Assembly (NCBI GenBank): GCA_963762145.1
Contig: CAVXJS010000014.1
Coordinates: 224,001 to 288,000, forward strand
DNA: 64,000 nt
Direction: 5' to 3'
Source: an uncultured Candidatus Rokubacteria bacterium
GTDB lineage: Bacteria; Methylomirabilota; Methylomirabilia; Rokubacteriales; CSP1-6
A model generated the notes under the pieces. The model was given only the letters and a program-made list of their open reading frames with translations. It searched no databases and was not told where the DNA came from. The position numbers were made by a program, and so were the translations under genes. Position 1 is the stretch's first letter. Every line of letters begins with the position of its first letter. Of this stretch, positions 31,420-40,955 are shown piece after piece.

Positions 31420-32357
31420 GTCGTGGAGGCTCCCCGACGGCGTGCGAGCCATCGCCGCGCTCCCTCCGCGGCCTGGACGAGGCCGCCGGGGAAGATCAGC
31501 ACGATGGCGATGAAGAGCACGCCGAAGATCAAGAGGTGAAAGTCCACCCAGCGCACGGTCAGGTACTCCTTGAGCAGCACGTAGAGCACGGCGCCCAGCA
31601 CCGGGCCGTGCAGGGTGCCGACGCCGCCGATGAACGTCATGAGCAGCGCCTCGAAGGTCCAGTGGGGCCCGAAGGGATGCGACGGATAGTAGCTAATGTG
31701 GTAGTAGGCGAAGAAGCCTCCCGCCAGCCCGGCCAGCGCGGTCGAGAGCACGAGCGCGCGCAGCTTGAGCGCCAGCCCGGCCACCCCGCTGGCCTCCGCC
31801 GCGTCCTCGTCCTCGCGGATGGCCTGCATGCCGAGGCCGAGGCGCGAGCCCGCGAGCGCGGCCACCGCGATCACCGACAGGGCGGCCAGCGCCAGGGCCA
31901 GGTAGTAGCGGGGCGCGAGCCGGTAGGCCGCGATGCTGGCCGCGGGCAGCGTCGAGATCTCGGGCAGCGTGTTGCTCACGAACGTGCGCAGGATCTCGCC
32001 CAGCGCGAGCGTGCCGATCGCGAAGTAGGCGCCGCGCAGGCGAAAGGCGGCCGCGCCGATGAGGAGCGCGAGCGCGACGGCCACCAGCGCGCCCGCGCCC
32101 ATCGCGAGCAGGATCGGCGTCCCCGCGATCCAGAGCGTGCGCGCGGTCAGCGCGCCCAGGCCGAAGAAGGCGGCGTGGCCCAGGTTCACCTGGCCCGCGT
32201 AGCCCGCGATGATGTTCCAGCTCTGGGCCAGCGTGATCGAGAGCAGGATCAGCAGCACGAAGTTGAGCACGTCGTCGCGGCGGGTGAGCAGCGGCAGCGG
32301 CGCGAGCGCCGCGAACCCCGCGAGGATGGTCAGGGCCCATCCACGCTGACTGCTCAT
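31416..32357 (-). CDS. livM: Branched-chain amino acid-type ABC permease
   Basis: GYAGQVNLGHAAFFGLG; AIREDEDAAEASG. Confidence 0.88.
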   Translation of the reverse strand: MSSQRGWALTILAGFAALAPLPLLTRRDDVLNFVLLILLSITLAQSWNIIAGYAGQVNLGHAAFFGLGALTARTLWIAGTPILLAMGAGALVAVALALLIGAAAFRLRGAYFAIGTLALGEILRTFVSNTLPEISTLPAASIAAYRLAPRYYLALALAALSVIAVAALAGSRLGLGMQAIREDEDAAEASGVAGLALKLRALVLSTALAGLAGGFFAYYHISYYPSHPFGPHWTFEALLMTFIGGVGTLHGPVLGAVLYVLLKEYLTVRWVDFHLLIFGVLFIAIVLIFPGGLVQAAEGARRWLARRRGASTT

Positions 32358-32415
32358 TCTGAGCGCCCGGCGCTGGAGGACGTCGCGCGGCGGTTCGGCC
32401 TCTTCGCGCAAGCGC

Positions 32416-33315
32416 TCATCGGTGGGACCGCTGGCCGAACAGGCCCTGCGGCCTGAGCACGAGCACCACCACGAAGATCACCAGGCCGACGACCTCGCGA
32501 TAGGGACCGCCGAAGGCGGCCGCGCTGAGCGCCTCGGCCACGCCGACGAAGAGACCGGCCGCGAAGGTGCCCAGCATGGAGCCGAGGCCGGCCAGCACCA
32601 CCACGATCAGGGCCTTGAGCGTCCATTCCAGACCCATCGCGGGGCTGATCGAGTAGCCGACGCTGACCAGCGTGCCCGCCGCCCCCGCGAGCGCGGTGCC
32701 GATGGCGAAGGCCAGCAGGTAGGCGCGCCGCACGTCGATGCCGGTGAGCAGCGCGGCCTGCCAGTCCTCCGCGGTGGCGCGGATGGCCTTGCCCCAGCGC
32801 CAGCGCGCCAGGAGCAGGTGGAGCCCCGCGATCAGCGCGAAGGCGAGGGCCAGGCTGACCAGCCGGATCACCGGGATCGCGAGCGGCCCCACGTGGAGCA
32901 CCGCGCCGCTGTAGGCGGTGGTCACCGACCGGTCGTCGGCGGTCCAGAGCTGTACCGCCAGCGCGTGCAGGGCCAGGGCCAGACCGAAGCCCACCAGAAG
33001 CGAGTTCTTGATGCGCGTCTCCTCGTGGGCCCGCACCACGAAGCCGAACAGGACGGCGTAGAGCACGGCGCCCAGCAGGAGCGTGGCCGGGATGACCACG
33101 AGCAGGGAGGCGAACGGGTCCATGCGGAGCAGGGCGAAGAGCCAGTAGGTGCCGTAGCCGCCCAGCATGATCAGCTCGCCGTGGGCCACGTCCAGCACCT
33201 TGAGCACGCCGAACACGAGCGACAGCCCCGCGGCGGCGAGGCCGTAGAGCCCGCCCAGCAGCAGGCCGAGCACGATCTGCTGCGCCAGCACGGTGAGGGC
33301 GATCGCGTCCATCAC
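32416..33315 (-). CDS. livH: Branched-chain amino acid-type ABC permease
   Basis: GLSLVFGVLKVLDVAHGE; VVLAGLGS; RPQGLFG. Confidence 0.88.
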   Translation of the reverse strand: MMDAIALTVLAQQIVLGLLLGGLYGLAAAGLSLVFGVLKVLDVAHGELIMLGGYGTYWLFALLRMDPFASLLVVIPATLLLGAVLYAVLFGFVVRAHEETRIKNSLLVGFGLALALHALAVQLWTADDRSVTTAYSGAVLHVGPLAIPVIRLVSLALAFALIAGLHLLLARWRWGKAIRATAEDWQAALLTGIDVRRAYLLAFAIGTALAGAAGTLVSVGYSISPAMGLEWTLKALIVVVLAGLGSMLGTFAAGLFVGVAEALSAAAFGGPYREVVGLVIFVVVLVLRPQGLFGQRSHR

Positions 33316-34031
33316 TCGCCCACCGCGAGCGGTCCCAGGTAGGCGCGCCGCACGTGCGGGTCGCGCAGCAGGGCCGCGCCCGCGCCCTCGCCCGCCACGC
33401 GCCCGCCCTCGAGGATGTAGGCGCGGTGGGCCAGGGTCAGGGCCGCCCGCACGTTCTGCTCGATCAGGAAGATCGCGACGCCCGCGCGATTGATCTCGGT
33501 CAGCGCGTCCAGGATCGCGCGCACGAGCTGCGGCGCGATGCCGAGCGAGGGCTCGTCGAGCATGAGCAGGCGCGGGCTCGCCATCAGCGCGCGGCCCACC
33601 GCCACCATCTGCTGCTGGCCGCCCGAGAGCGCGCGCACGACCTGCCGCCGCCGGTCGCGCAGGGCGGGGAAGAGGGCGTAGACCCGCTCGTAGCTCTCGC
33701 GGCGTGCGGCGCGGGCGCGCGGGGCGAACGCGCCCATCTCGAGGTTGTCCTCCACCGTCATGGTCCCGAAGAGCCGCCGGCCCTCGGGCACGATGGCGAG
33801 GCCCCGCTCCACGACCAGGTGCGCGGGCACCGCGCGCAGGTCCTCGCCCTCCCAGCGGATGCGGCCCGCGCGCGGCCGCACGAGGCCGGCCACGCAGGCC
33901 AGCAGCGTGCTCTTGCCCGCGCCGTTGGGGCCGAGCAGCGCGACGATCTCGCCGGGCCGCACCGAGAGCGTCACGCCCGAGAGCACGCGGACGTCGCCGT
34001 AAGCCGCCTCGAGGCCTTCGATCTCAAGCAT
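33312..34031 (-). CDS. livF: Branched-chain amino acid-type ABC ATPase
   Basis: GPNGAGKST, LSGGQQQMVA, DEPSLGIAP. Confidence 0.88.
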   Translation of the reverse strand: MLEIEGLEAAYGDVRVLSGVTLSVRPGEIVALLGPNGAGKSTLLACVAGLVRPRAGRIRWEGEDLRAVPAHLVVERGLAIVPEGRRLFGTMTVEDNLEMGAFAPRARAARRESYERVYALFPALRDRRRQVVRALSGGQQQMVAVGRALMASPRLLMLDEPSLGIAPQLVRAILDALTEINRAGVAIFLIEQNVRAALTLAHRAYILEGGRVAGEGAGAALLRDPHVRRAYLGPLAVGE

Positions 34032-34039
34032 GCGCGGCC

Positions 34040-34777
34040 TCAGGCATGCACGTCCGGGGGCCGGGCGGCTCCCAGGTAGACGTCCACCACGCGGGCGTCG
34101 GCGGCCACCACCGCGGGCGCGCCGTCCGCGATCATCTCGCCCGCGCTCAGCACCATGATCCGGCGCGCGAGGTCCATCAGCGCCCACACGATGTGCTCCA
34201 CCATCAGCACGGTGAGGCCCTCGGCGACCAGGCGACGGATCAGGGCCATCGCGGCCGCGGTCTCGGCGGGGTTGAGCCCGGCCATGAACTCGTCGAGCAG
34301 CAGGAGCTCGGGCCCGGTGGCCAGCGCCCGCGCCAGCTCGAGGCGCTTGCGATCCATCAGGGTCAGCGCGGAGGCCGGCGTGGCGGCGCGGCCCTCGAGG
34401 CCGACCAGCGCGAGCAGGCGCGCCGCCTCTGTGTGGGCGCCGCCGCGGCCGCGCGTGCGGCCGTAGAGGCAGCCCACGCGCACGTTGTCGAGTGCGGAGA
34501 GCCCGGCGAAGGGCCGGACGAGCTGGAAGGTGCGGGCCACGCCGCGCGCGCAGAGCCGGTGGGGCGCCAACCCGGCCACGTCGCGCCCCTGGAGCCGGAT
34601 GCGCCCGCGATCGGGCCGCAGGGCGCCCGCGATCAGGTTGAAGAGCGTGGTCTTGCCGGAGCCGTTCGGCCCCATGATGCCGAGCAGCTCGCCGGGCTCG
34701 ATCGTGAAGCTGACGTCGCTGACCGCGAGGACTCCGCCAAAGCCCTTCGATAGCCGCTCGACCTCGAGAAGAGCCAC
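34040..34777 (-). CDS. livG: Branched-chain amino acid-type ABC ATPase
   Basis: GPNGSGKTT, ARTFQLVRPF, LLDEFMAG. Confidence 0.88.
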   Translation of the reverse strand: MALLEVERLSKGFGGVLAVSDVSFTIEPGELLGIMGPNGSGKTTLFNLIAGALRPDRGRIRLQGRDVAGLAPHRLCARGVARTFQLVRPFAGLSALDNVRVGCLYGRTRGRGGAHTEAARLLALVGLEGRAATPASALTLMDRKRLELARALATGPELLLLDEFMAGLNPAETAAAMALIRRLVAEGLTVLMVEHIVWALMDLARRIMVLSAGEMIADGAPAVVAADARVVDVYLGAARPPDVHA

Positions 34778-34783
34778 GCGCGC

Positions 34784-35800
34784 TCAGGCGCCGCGGACGA
34801 CGATCGGCTTCAGCGACGGCTGTGCCAGCGCCTCCGCCGCCCGGTCCCACGGGACGATCTCGGAGGTCACGCGCTCGGGGCGCAGTCCGCCGTGCGCGAT
34901 CAGCTCGAGCACGTGCGGCAGCGCCGCGCGCGAGTTCACCCGGCCGGTGACGAAGCGGACGCCGCGCGTGTACATGGCCAGCAGCGGCAGCGGGACGTCA
35001 CCGCCGAAGTAAATGCTGACGCTGGTGCAGATGCCCTCGGGCTCGAGCGACTGGATCGCTCGCCGGAGGCCGCGCGGATCATTGCTGCCGTCCACCGTGA
35101 TCGGGTAGGTCTCGGGCGTGGCGGACGGCCGCAGGCTCGCGTGCGCGCCGAGGGCGGCGGCCACCTTGACGCGGTCCGGATTGGCGTCCACGTAGTCCAC
35201 TTGCGCGGCGCCGGCCGCGACGGCGCAGGCCACCGCGTAGAGCGGCACGCTGCCGATGCCGCCCAGCACCAGCACGCGCGCGCCCGGATTCTCCGCGAGC
35301 GGTGGGCCGACGGCGCGCCAGCCGTCGGCGACATTGTCGCTGACGCTGGCCACCGTGGCCGGGTCCAGGCCGGCGGGCAGCCGGACCAGCATGTGGGCCG
35401 CATAGGGCACGCGCACCAGATCGGCCAGCGCGCCGCCCCAGCGGCCGCCGAGGGGCTCGAAGCCGTACATGGACACGGGCGGCACGGTCTCGCAGCTCCC
35501 GGTGCGTCCGGAGCGACAGCAGGCGCAGGTCCCGCAGGCGATCTGGAACGGCACGATGACGCGGTCGCCCGGGCCGAAGCCCGTCACCGCGCTCCCGACC
35601 GCCACGACCTCGCCCACGAATTCGTGGCCGATCGGGAACGGCCCCTGGAACGGGATCAGCCCGCGCAGCAGCGCGACGTCGAGGTCACAGGCGGCCACTG
35701 CCAGCGGCCGGACGAGCGCGTCGTCCGGCGTCTCGATCGCCGCGTCGGGCGCCTCCTGCCACTCGAGCCGGCCGGCCTCCAGGAAGACGAGCGTCCGCAC
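34784..35800 (-). CDS. Zinc-binding medium-chain alcohol dehydrogenase family protein
   Basis: ACDLD, GHEFVG, structural Zn site CGTCACCRSGRTGSC. Confidence 0.88.
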   Translation of the reverse strand: MRTLVFLEAGRLEWQEAPDAAIETPDDALVRPLAVAACDLDVALLRGLIPFQGPFPIGHEFVGEVVAVGSAVTGFGPGDRVIVPFQIACGTCACCRSGRTGSCETVPPVSMYGFEPLGGRWGGALADLVRVPYAAHMLVRLPAGLDPATVASVSDNVADGWRAVGPPLAENPGARVLVLGGIGSVPLYAVACAVAAGAAQVDYVDANPDRVKVAAALGAHASLRPSATPETYPITVDGSNDPRGLRRAIQSLEPEGICTSVSIYFGGDVPLPLLAMYTRGVRFVTGRVNSRAALPHVLELIAHGGLRPERVTSEIVPWDRAAEALAQPSLKPIVVRGA

Positions 35801-35801
35801 C

Positions 35802-36983
35802 CTAGCGCTTGGCGAAGGGCGGCGCGGGAAACGCCAGCGGGGCGGTGGCGACGTCCTTCGGCCACACCAGCTCCTGCTTGCCGTTGATCCACTGCAGCAG
35901 CGCCTGCTGCACGATGCCGGTGCCGTCGGGCCGGAACGTCACCGCGCCGACCGCGGTGTTCATGCTGGTGGCCGCGATCGCGTCGCGGACCTTCTCGCGG
36001 TCGAGGCCGCCGGCGCGCGTGACCGCGGCGGCCAGGATCTGCACGCAGGCGTAGGCCGGGCCCACCAGGGGATCGGCGGGGCGGCCGGTCTTCTTCTGGT
36101 GCGCGTCGTTCAGCTCCTTCACGCCCACGCCCTTCATCGCGTGGTGCCAGCCCGCCGCGAGCACCATGTAGTCGCCGTCCTTGCCGAGGTTCTGCGACCA
36201 GATCTGGGCGTCGGGGGCGCGAATGAAGAGCGCGAGCTTGGGGCTGTAGCCGAGCTCCTTCATCTGCTTCACGATGGTCATGCCGTCGGGCGGGGTGGGC
36301 AGGGCCAGCACCATCTCCGCGTTCGCGGTCCGGGCCTTCAGGATGATGTCGGAGAAGTCCTTGGCGCCGGGCGCGTACTCGCCGGTGAGCACGACCTCGT
36401 AGCCGGCCCCCTTGCTGGCTTCCGTCCACGCCGCCGCCATCTCGCGCCCCCAGTCGGTCTTCTCCTGGAAGATCGCGACCGTCTTCGGCCGCGCCGCCGC
36501 CGGGATCAGCTCCAGGAGGCCCTGGGTGGCCCGGCCGATGTCGGGCGACTTCCAGAACGGCGAGAAGAGATAGCGAAACCCCTGCTGGTGGATCTTCTGC
36601 AGCGCGAACGCGACGCCCAGGTACGGCACCCGGTTCTTCTCGGCCACCGAGGCGGCGGCCGCGTGCAGGTCGGAGCCGAAGCCGCCGAGGTAGCCCACCA
36701 CGCCCTGCGCGGCCAGGCCCTCGAGCCGCGCGACGGTCTTGGTGGCGTCGGACTCGTCGTCCTGCAGGATCAGCTCGATCGGCATCCTGGTCGCGCCGAC
36801 GGTCACGCCGCCGGCCGCGTTGATCTGCTCCACCGCGATCTCGTAGCCGGCGCGGATCTGGGCGCCGCCGGCGCCGTAGCGGCCGGTGAGCGGGACCACC
36901 GCGCCCATCTTCACGGTTTGGGCCCAGGCGGCGGCGGGAGCCAGGCCGAGCAGCGCGAGCGCGAGCAGAGCCAGCATTCTCAT
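35802..36983 (-). CDS. Branched-chain amino acid-type ABC substrate-binding protein
   Basis: RBS AAGGAG before ATG 36983; signal peptide; VKMGAVVPLTG. Confidence 0.88.
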   Translation of the reverse strand: MRMLALLALALLGLAPAAAWAQTVKMGAVVPLTGRYGAGGAQIRAGYEIAVEQINAAGGVTVGATRMPIELILQDDESDATKTVARLEGLAAQGVVGYLGGFGSDLHAAAASVAEKNRVPYLGVAFALQKIHQQGFRYLFSPFWKSPDIGRATQGLLELIPAAARPKTVAIFQEKTDWGREMAAAWTEASKGAGYEVVLTGEYAPGAKDFSDIILKARTANAEMVLALPTPPDGMTIVKQMKELGYSPKLALFIRAPDAQIWSQNLGKDGDYMVLAAGWHHAMKGVGVKELNDAHQKKTGRPADPLVGPAYACVQILAAAVTRAGGLDREKVRDAIAATSMNTAVGAVTFRPDGTGIVQQALLQWINGKQELVWPKDVATAPLAFPAPPFAKR

Positions 36984-37012
36984 GGGGGTCTCCTTGAGGT
37001 CGATCCTTGGGA

Positions 37013-38115
37013 TCAGTCGGTCCAGATGGATCGGGCGGTCTCGGCCACGCGGTGGAGCTTGGCGCGCTGCTCCTCCGGCGAGATCCGGTTGCCCTCCATG
37101 GTCGAGGCGAAGCCGCACTGCGGGCTGAGGGCCAGGCGCTCCCGCGGCAGGTAGCGGGCGGCCTCGTCCACGACGGGCGCGCAGCTCGGCCACGGATTCC
37201 AGGCGCGGGGTCTTGGTCGTCACCAGGCCGAGGACGACCGTGCGGTCCTCCGGCATCGCGCGTAGCGGCTCGAAGCCGCCCGAGCGCGCGTCGTCGTACT
37301 CCAGGAGGAAGCGCTGGAAGCGGCTCCGGGTGAAGACCCGCGCGATCGGCTCGTAGCCGCCGCTGGCGTAGAACATGGACTGGTTGTTGCCCCGGCAGAT
37401 GTGCAGGCCGAAGGTGACCCCGGCGTGATTCACCGTCCCGATGACCGCGTTATCCATCTCGATGCACGCGTCGATCAAGCGATCGGGATCGCTGCCGCGC
37501 TTGCGGTAGCCCTCGCGCAGCTCCGGATCGAGCAGCGCCGCGTACTGGGGCGCGTCGATCTGGATGTAGGTGCAGCCGAGCGCGACGAGCTCCAGGACCT
37601 CCCGCCGGGTGAGATCCACGATGTCGGCCAGGTAGGCGTCGCGGGTCGGGTAGGCGCCGGCGGACTTCTCGGGATCGTAGTAGGCGGCGGCCTGCTGGCT
37701 GCTGATCAGGGTGACCTTGGTGGGGCGCGTCGTGCGGGCGCGGAGATAGGCGAGCTCCTCGGTGCACATGCTCCGGCGCCAGCGCAGCTTCTCGACGACC
37801 ACGGGGCGCTTGAACACGAGCCGCTCGCCGTGCTCGTTGTGGAACGGAATGGCCCAGCCGCCCTGCTTGTCGAACCCGTCGAGCGCGTCGATCAGGTGGC
37901 CGAAGAAGGCGTAGCGGCGCAGCTCGCCGTCGGTGACCACGTCGAGGCCCGGCTTCCTCCTGCAGGCGCACCGCGTCGTCCACCGCGCGGTCCTCGATCT
38001 GCTTGAACGCGGCGGCGGAGAGCTCGCCGCGCTCCCGGCGGGCGCGGGCGGCCTTGAGGCCTTCCGGGCGTAGGAGGCTACCGACTACGTCGCTGCGGAT
38101 GGCGTGGGCGGACAC
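37013..38115 (-). CDS. Cobalamin-independent methionine synthase II family (MetE C-terminal-like) protein (frameshifts near 37950 and 37175)
   Basis: DVVGSLLRP, VTDGELRR, IQIDAP, HICRGN, LEYD, SPQCGFAST. Confidence 0.82.
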
Positions 38116-38184
38116 CCCGGCTTCCTTTCATGTTCGTCCCGGTAGTTCGATCGCGGCAGACCGCTTGGGCAGATTGCCCTTGCT

Positions 38185-38300
38185 GCTTCATTTCTTGTAT
38201 CCGCTCGGCTCGCCTTCGGCTGCACCTCGCCATGCCACTGCCGCTTCATTTCTTGTATCCGCTCGGCTCGCCTTCGGCTTCGCCTCACCCTGCAACTGCC
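38185..38300. repeat. 58-bp tandem repeat x2 with an identical 37-nt core
   Basis: GCTTCATTTCTTGTATCCGCTCGGCTCGCCTTCGGCT at 38185-38221 and 38243-38279. Confidence 0.85.
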
Positions 38301-38320
38301 GCGCGGCGGCTCGCTCCGGG

Positions 38321-39544
38321 TTATTGGCCTGAGACCTTGAACATAACGCCCTCGATCCCGAGGGCGGCCTTGCCGATGCCTTCGAGCATGCGATCGACCG
38401 TCGGGGGCATCAGGGTCGAGGTGCGGAGGTCGCGGAAGGCGCGCTCGGCCGGGAACTCCTTGTAGGCGCCGCGGCCGCCCACCACCTGGATCACCTTGGA
38501 GGTGACCGCGAGGCCGACCTCGGTGGCGAGGTACTTGGCCTTGTTGCCGAGGACGCCGCGCTCCACGAGGTCGCCGGCCTCCCAGCGCTCGGCGGTGTCG
38601 GCCAGCACCAGCAGCGCGCCGTCGAGGTGCGCGGACAGCTCCCCGATGTGCCGCTGCACGGTCGGATCGTGCGCGACCGGGATGTTCTCGGGCTTGACGA
38701 TGCGCTTGCGCGCGTAGTCGATCGCGAAGGCGAGCGCGCCTTCCGCGATCCCGAGGTAGACCGCGGCGTAGCCCAGCGCGAAGCTCTCCACCACGCCCAC
38801 CCGGAGGCCGGCGCCGGGATCGCCGAGCGCCGCGTCCTTCGGCACGCGCACGCCGGTGAAGGTGACCGAGGGGCTGAACGTCGCGCGCATCCCCAGCGTG
38901 TTCCACTTGCCGTCGGTGGCGATGCCGGGGGCGTCCGCGGGCACCAGCACCTGGAGGAGGGACTTGCCCATGTCGGTGCCGCCCTCGAGCGCGCACCAGA
39001 CCATGTAGTGCGACGCGCCCAGGGCCATGGTGCAGAAGTGCTTCACGCCGTCCACCACGTAGGCGTCGCCGTCCTGGCGGACGGCGGTCTCCATCAGGAA
39101 GGTGCGGGAGAGGCTCACCGCGGGCTCGCTGCCCCAGCTCCCGAAGAGCTTGCCGTCGCGCACCACGTCGCCGAAGTAGCGGCGCTTCTGGGCCGCGGTG
39201 CCGAGCGCGTCGATGAAGCGCATGACCGTGGAGTGCATGTGCACGGTCATCGCGGTGTTGGCGCAGCCCCGGGCGATGGTGCGGATCACGCCGATGTAGG
39301 TCGGCATGTCGAGGCCGAGGCCGCCGTGGGCGGTGGGGATGCACGAGCCCAGAAAGCCCTCCCGAGCGAGCACGCGCCAGGAATCGATCGGGTTGGCGCC
39401 CGCCGCGTCGTACTCGGCCGCGCGCGGGGCGATGTGCTCCCGCGTCAGCCGGGACACCAACTCCAGCAAGGCTTGTTTGGACTGGGGGGGAGCGGCCGCC
39501 GCTCCTCCCCCAGACCCCCCCACCGGTTTGCCGTCAACCGTCAT
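38321..39544 (-). CDS. Acyl-CoA dehydrogenase family protein (atypical C-terminal motif)
   Basis: PTAHGGLG, SEP, DGVKHFCT, LGMRATFS, ERAFRDLRTSTLMPP. Confidence 0.88.
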   Translation of the reverse strand: MTVDGKPVGGSGGGAAAAPPQSKQALLELVSRLTREHIAPRAAEYDAAGANPIDSWRVLAREGFLGSCIPTAHGGLGLDMPTYIGVIRTIARGCANTAMTVHMHSTVMRFIDALGTAAQKRRYFGDVVRDGKLFGSWGSEPAVSLSRTFLMETAVRQDGDAYVVDGVKHFCTMALGASHYMVWCALEGGTDMGKSLLQVLVPADAPGIATDGKWNTLGMRATFSPSVTFTGVRVPKDAALGDPGAGLRVGVVESFALGYAAVYLGIAEGALAFAIDYARKRIVKPENIPVAHDPTVQRHIGELSAHLDGALLVLADTAERWEAGDLVERGVLGNKAKYLATEVGLAVTSKVIQVVGGRGAYKEFPAERAFRDLRTSTLMPPTVDRMLEGIGKAALGIEGVMFKVSGQ

Positions 39545-39550
39545 TCGCGC

Positions 39551-40006
39551 CTAGCTCATGCCCCCGACCGGCTTGCGATTGGACGTGACGCAGCGGCAGG
39601 TGCCGGCCTGGTGGAGCTCGATCATGTTGCCGAACGGGTCGTACATGAAGATCTGCTGCGACTGCGGGCCGACCACGCCGGTGGTCACCCAGAAGTCCAC
39701 GCCCATCCGCTCGAGCTCGGCCTTCGCCTCCTGGATGTCGGGCACCGCGAGGGCGACGTGCGGGCGCGAGGGATCCTTGTCGGGCCCCTGGGCGAACTTG
39801 GACGCCCCGTCCACGCCCATGAGGTGGATCTGGGCGGCGCCGCCCACGTCCATCCAGTAGCCGTCGATCGTCGGGATCGTCGGGCGACCCTGGTCGGCGT
39901 CGAGGCCGAGCACGTCGTGATAGAAGCCGTAGGCCTTCTTCACATCCGTGGGCGACGGCCCGACCCGGATGCCGTGGTGGTGGAGCTCAAGCACTTTGAC
40001 GGCCAT
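39551..40006 (-). CDS. VOC/glyoxalase family protein
   Basis: LHHHGI, FYHDVLGL, HVAL, DPFGNMIEL. Confidence 0.88.
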   Translation of the reverse strand: MAVKVLELHHHGIRVGPSPTDVKKAYGFYHDVLGLDADQGRPTIPTIDGYWMDVGGAAQIHLMGVDGASKFAQGPDKDPSRPHVALAVPDIQEAKAELERMGVDFWVTTGVVGPQSQQIFMYDPFGNMIELHQAGTCRCVTSNRKPVGGMS

Positions 40007-40955
40007 AGATGCCTCCTGTGAGCGTGCCCCAGATCCCCTTGGGGAGGAACAGAACGAACGCGGAAAAGATCGCGCCGACGACGAGGGGCCACCATTCGAG
40101 GACGAGGCTCAACCGCTCCTCCAGCACCAGGAAGGTCGCGGCACCTACGAAGGGACCGAAGAAGGTCCCCGCGCCGCCCAGCAGCGTCATCATGACGACC
40201 TGGCCCGAGGTGGTCCAGTACAGTGACTCGACCGGCACGACCGTGAGCCGCAGGGCGTCCAGCGACCCCGCAACCCCGGCGAAGCAGGCGGAGAACACGA
40301 ACGACAGATGCTTGACCCGGTTGACGTCGTATCCGCAGGCCTCCGCGCGGCTGCTGTTCTCGCGAATGGCCTGCAGCACCGCCCCGAAGGGGGAGTCGAG
40401 GATGCGCCGGAGCGCCAGCACCGCGAGCCCCACCAGGACGTAGGCGAAGTAGTAGAAGCCGAGGGTGCTCTCGACGGAGTACTGCCACGGCCCCAGCCCG
40501 AGCGCGAGCTGCGGGATGCCGCGCAGGCCGTCGTCGCCGCCCGTCACGTCGGCGAGGTGGAAGCCGATGAAGTACAGCATCTGGGCGAAGGCCAGCGTCA
40601 GCATCGCGAAGTAGATCCCGCGGCGCCGCAGGCAGAAGAAGCCGATGATCGCGCCGCCCAGCCCGGCGAGCAGCAGCCCGGCGGCGAGCCCGAGCCAGAG
40701 CGAGCCCACGTGCAGCTTCGCGAGCGCGAGGCCGCACCCGTAGGCCCCCAGGCCGTAGTAGGCCGCGTGGCCGAAGGAGAGCAGGCCGGTGTAGCCGTAG
40801 AGCAGGTTGAAGCCCATCGCGAGCAGCCCGAAGATCAGCACCTGGGTGGCCATGGTGCGGTTGGGCACGATGAAGGGGAACACGGCGAAGAAGAGCCAGA
40901 AGGCGAGCACCGGGTGCGCGGCGATGCGGAGCGCGACCTGGCGCAGAGCGCTCAT
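39987..40955 (-). CDS. livM: Branched-chain amino acid-type ABC permease
   Basis: GYTGLLSFGHAAYYGLG; TGGDDGL; LLGGAGTFFGP. Confidence 0.88.
   Translation of the reverse strand: MSALRQVALRIAAHPVLAFWLFFAVFPFIVPNRTMATQVLIFGLLAMGFNLLYGYTGLLSFGHAAYYGLGAYGCGLALAKLHVGSLWLGLAAGLLLAGLGGAIIGFFCLRRRGIYFAMLTLAFAQMLYFIGFHLADVTGGDDGLRGIPQLALGLGPWQYSVESTLGFYYFAYVLVGLAVLALRRILDSPFGAVLQAIRENSSRAEACGYDVNRVKHLSFVFSACFAGVAGSLDALRLTVVPVESLYWTTSGQVVMMTLLGGAGTFFGPFVGAATFLVLEERLSLVLEWWPLVVGAIFSAFVLFLPKGIWGTLTGGIYGRQSA

Noticed and set aside
35802-37940. Apparent 712-aa fusion of a MetE-like protein and an ABC binding protein
   Set aside because: Caused by a frameshift near 37175. The MetE-like C-terminus (CGFAST..) ends at 37013 in another frame, and the binding protein has its own RBS and signal peptide.
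38185-38300. Possible mini CRISPR array (37-nt repeat x2)
   Set aside because: Only two repeats, the 21-nt intervening segments resemble each other, and no cas genes are in the window.
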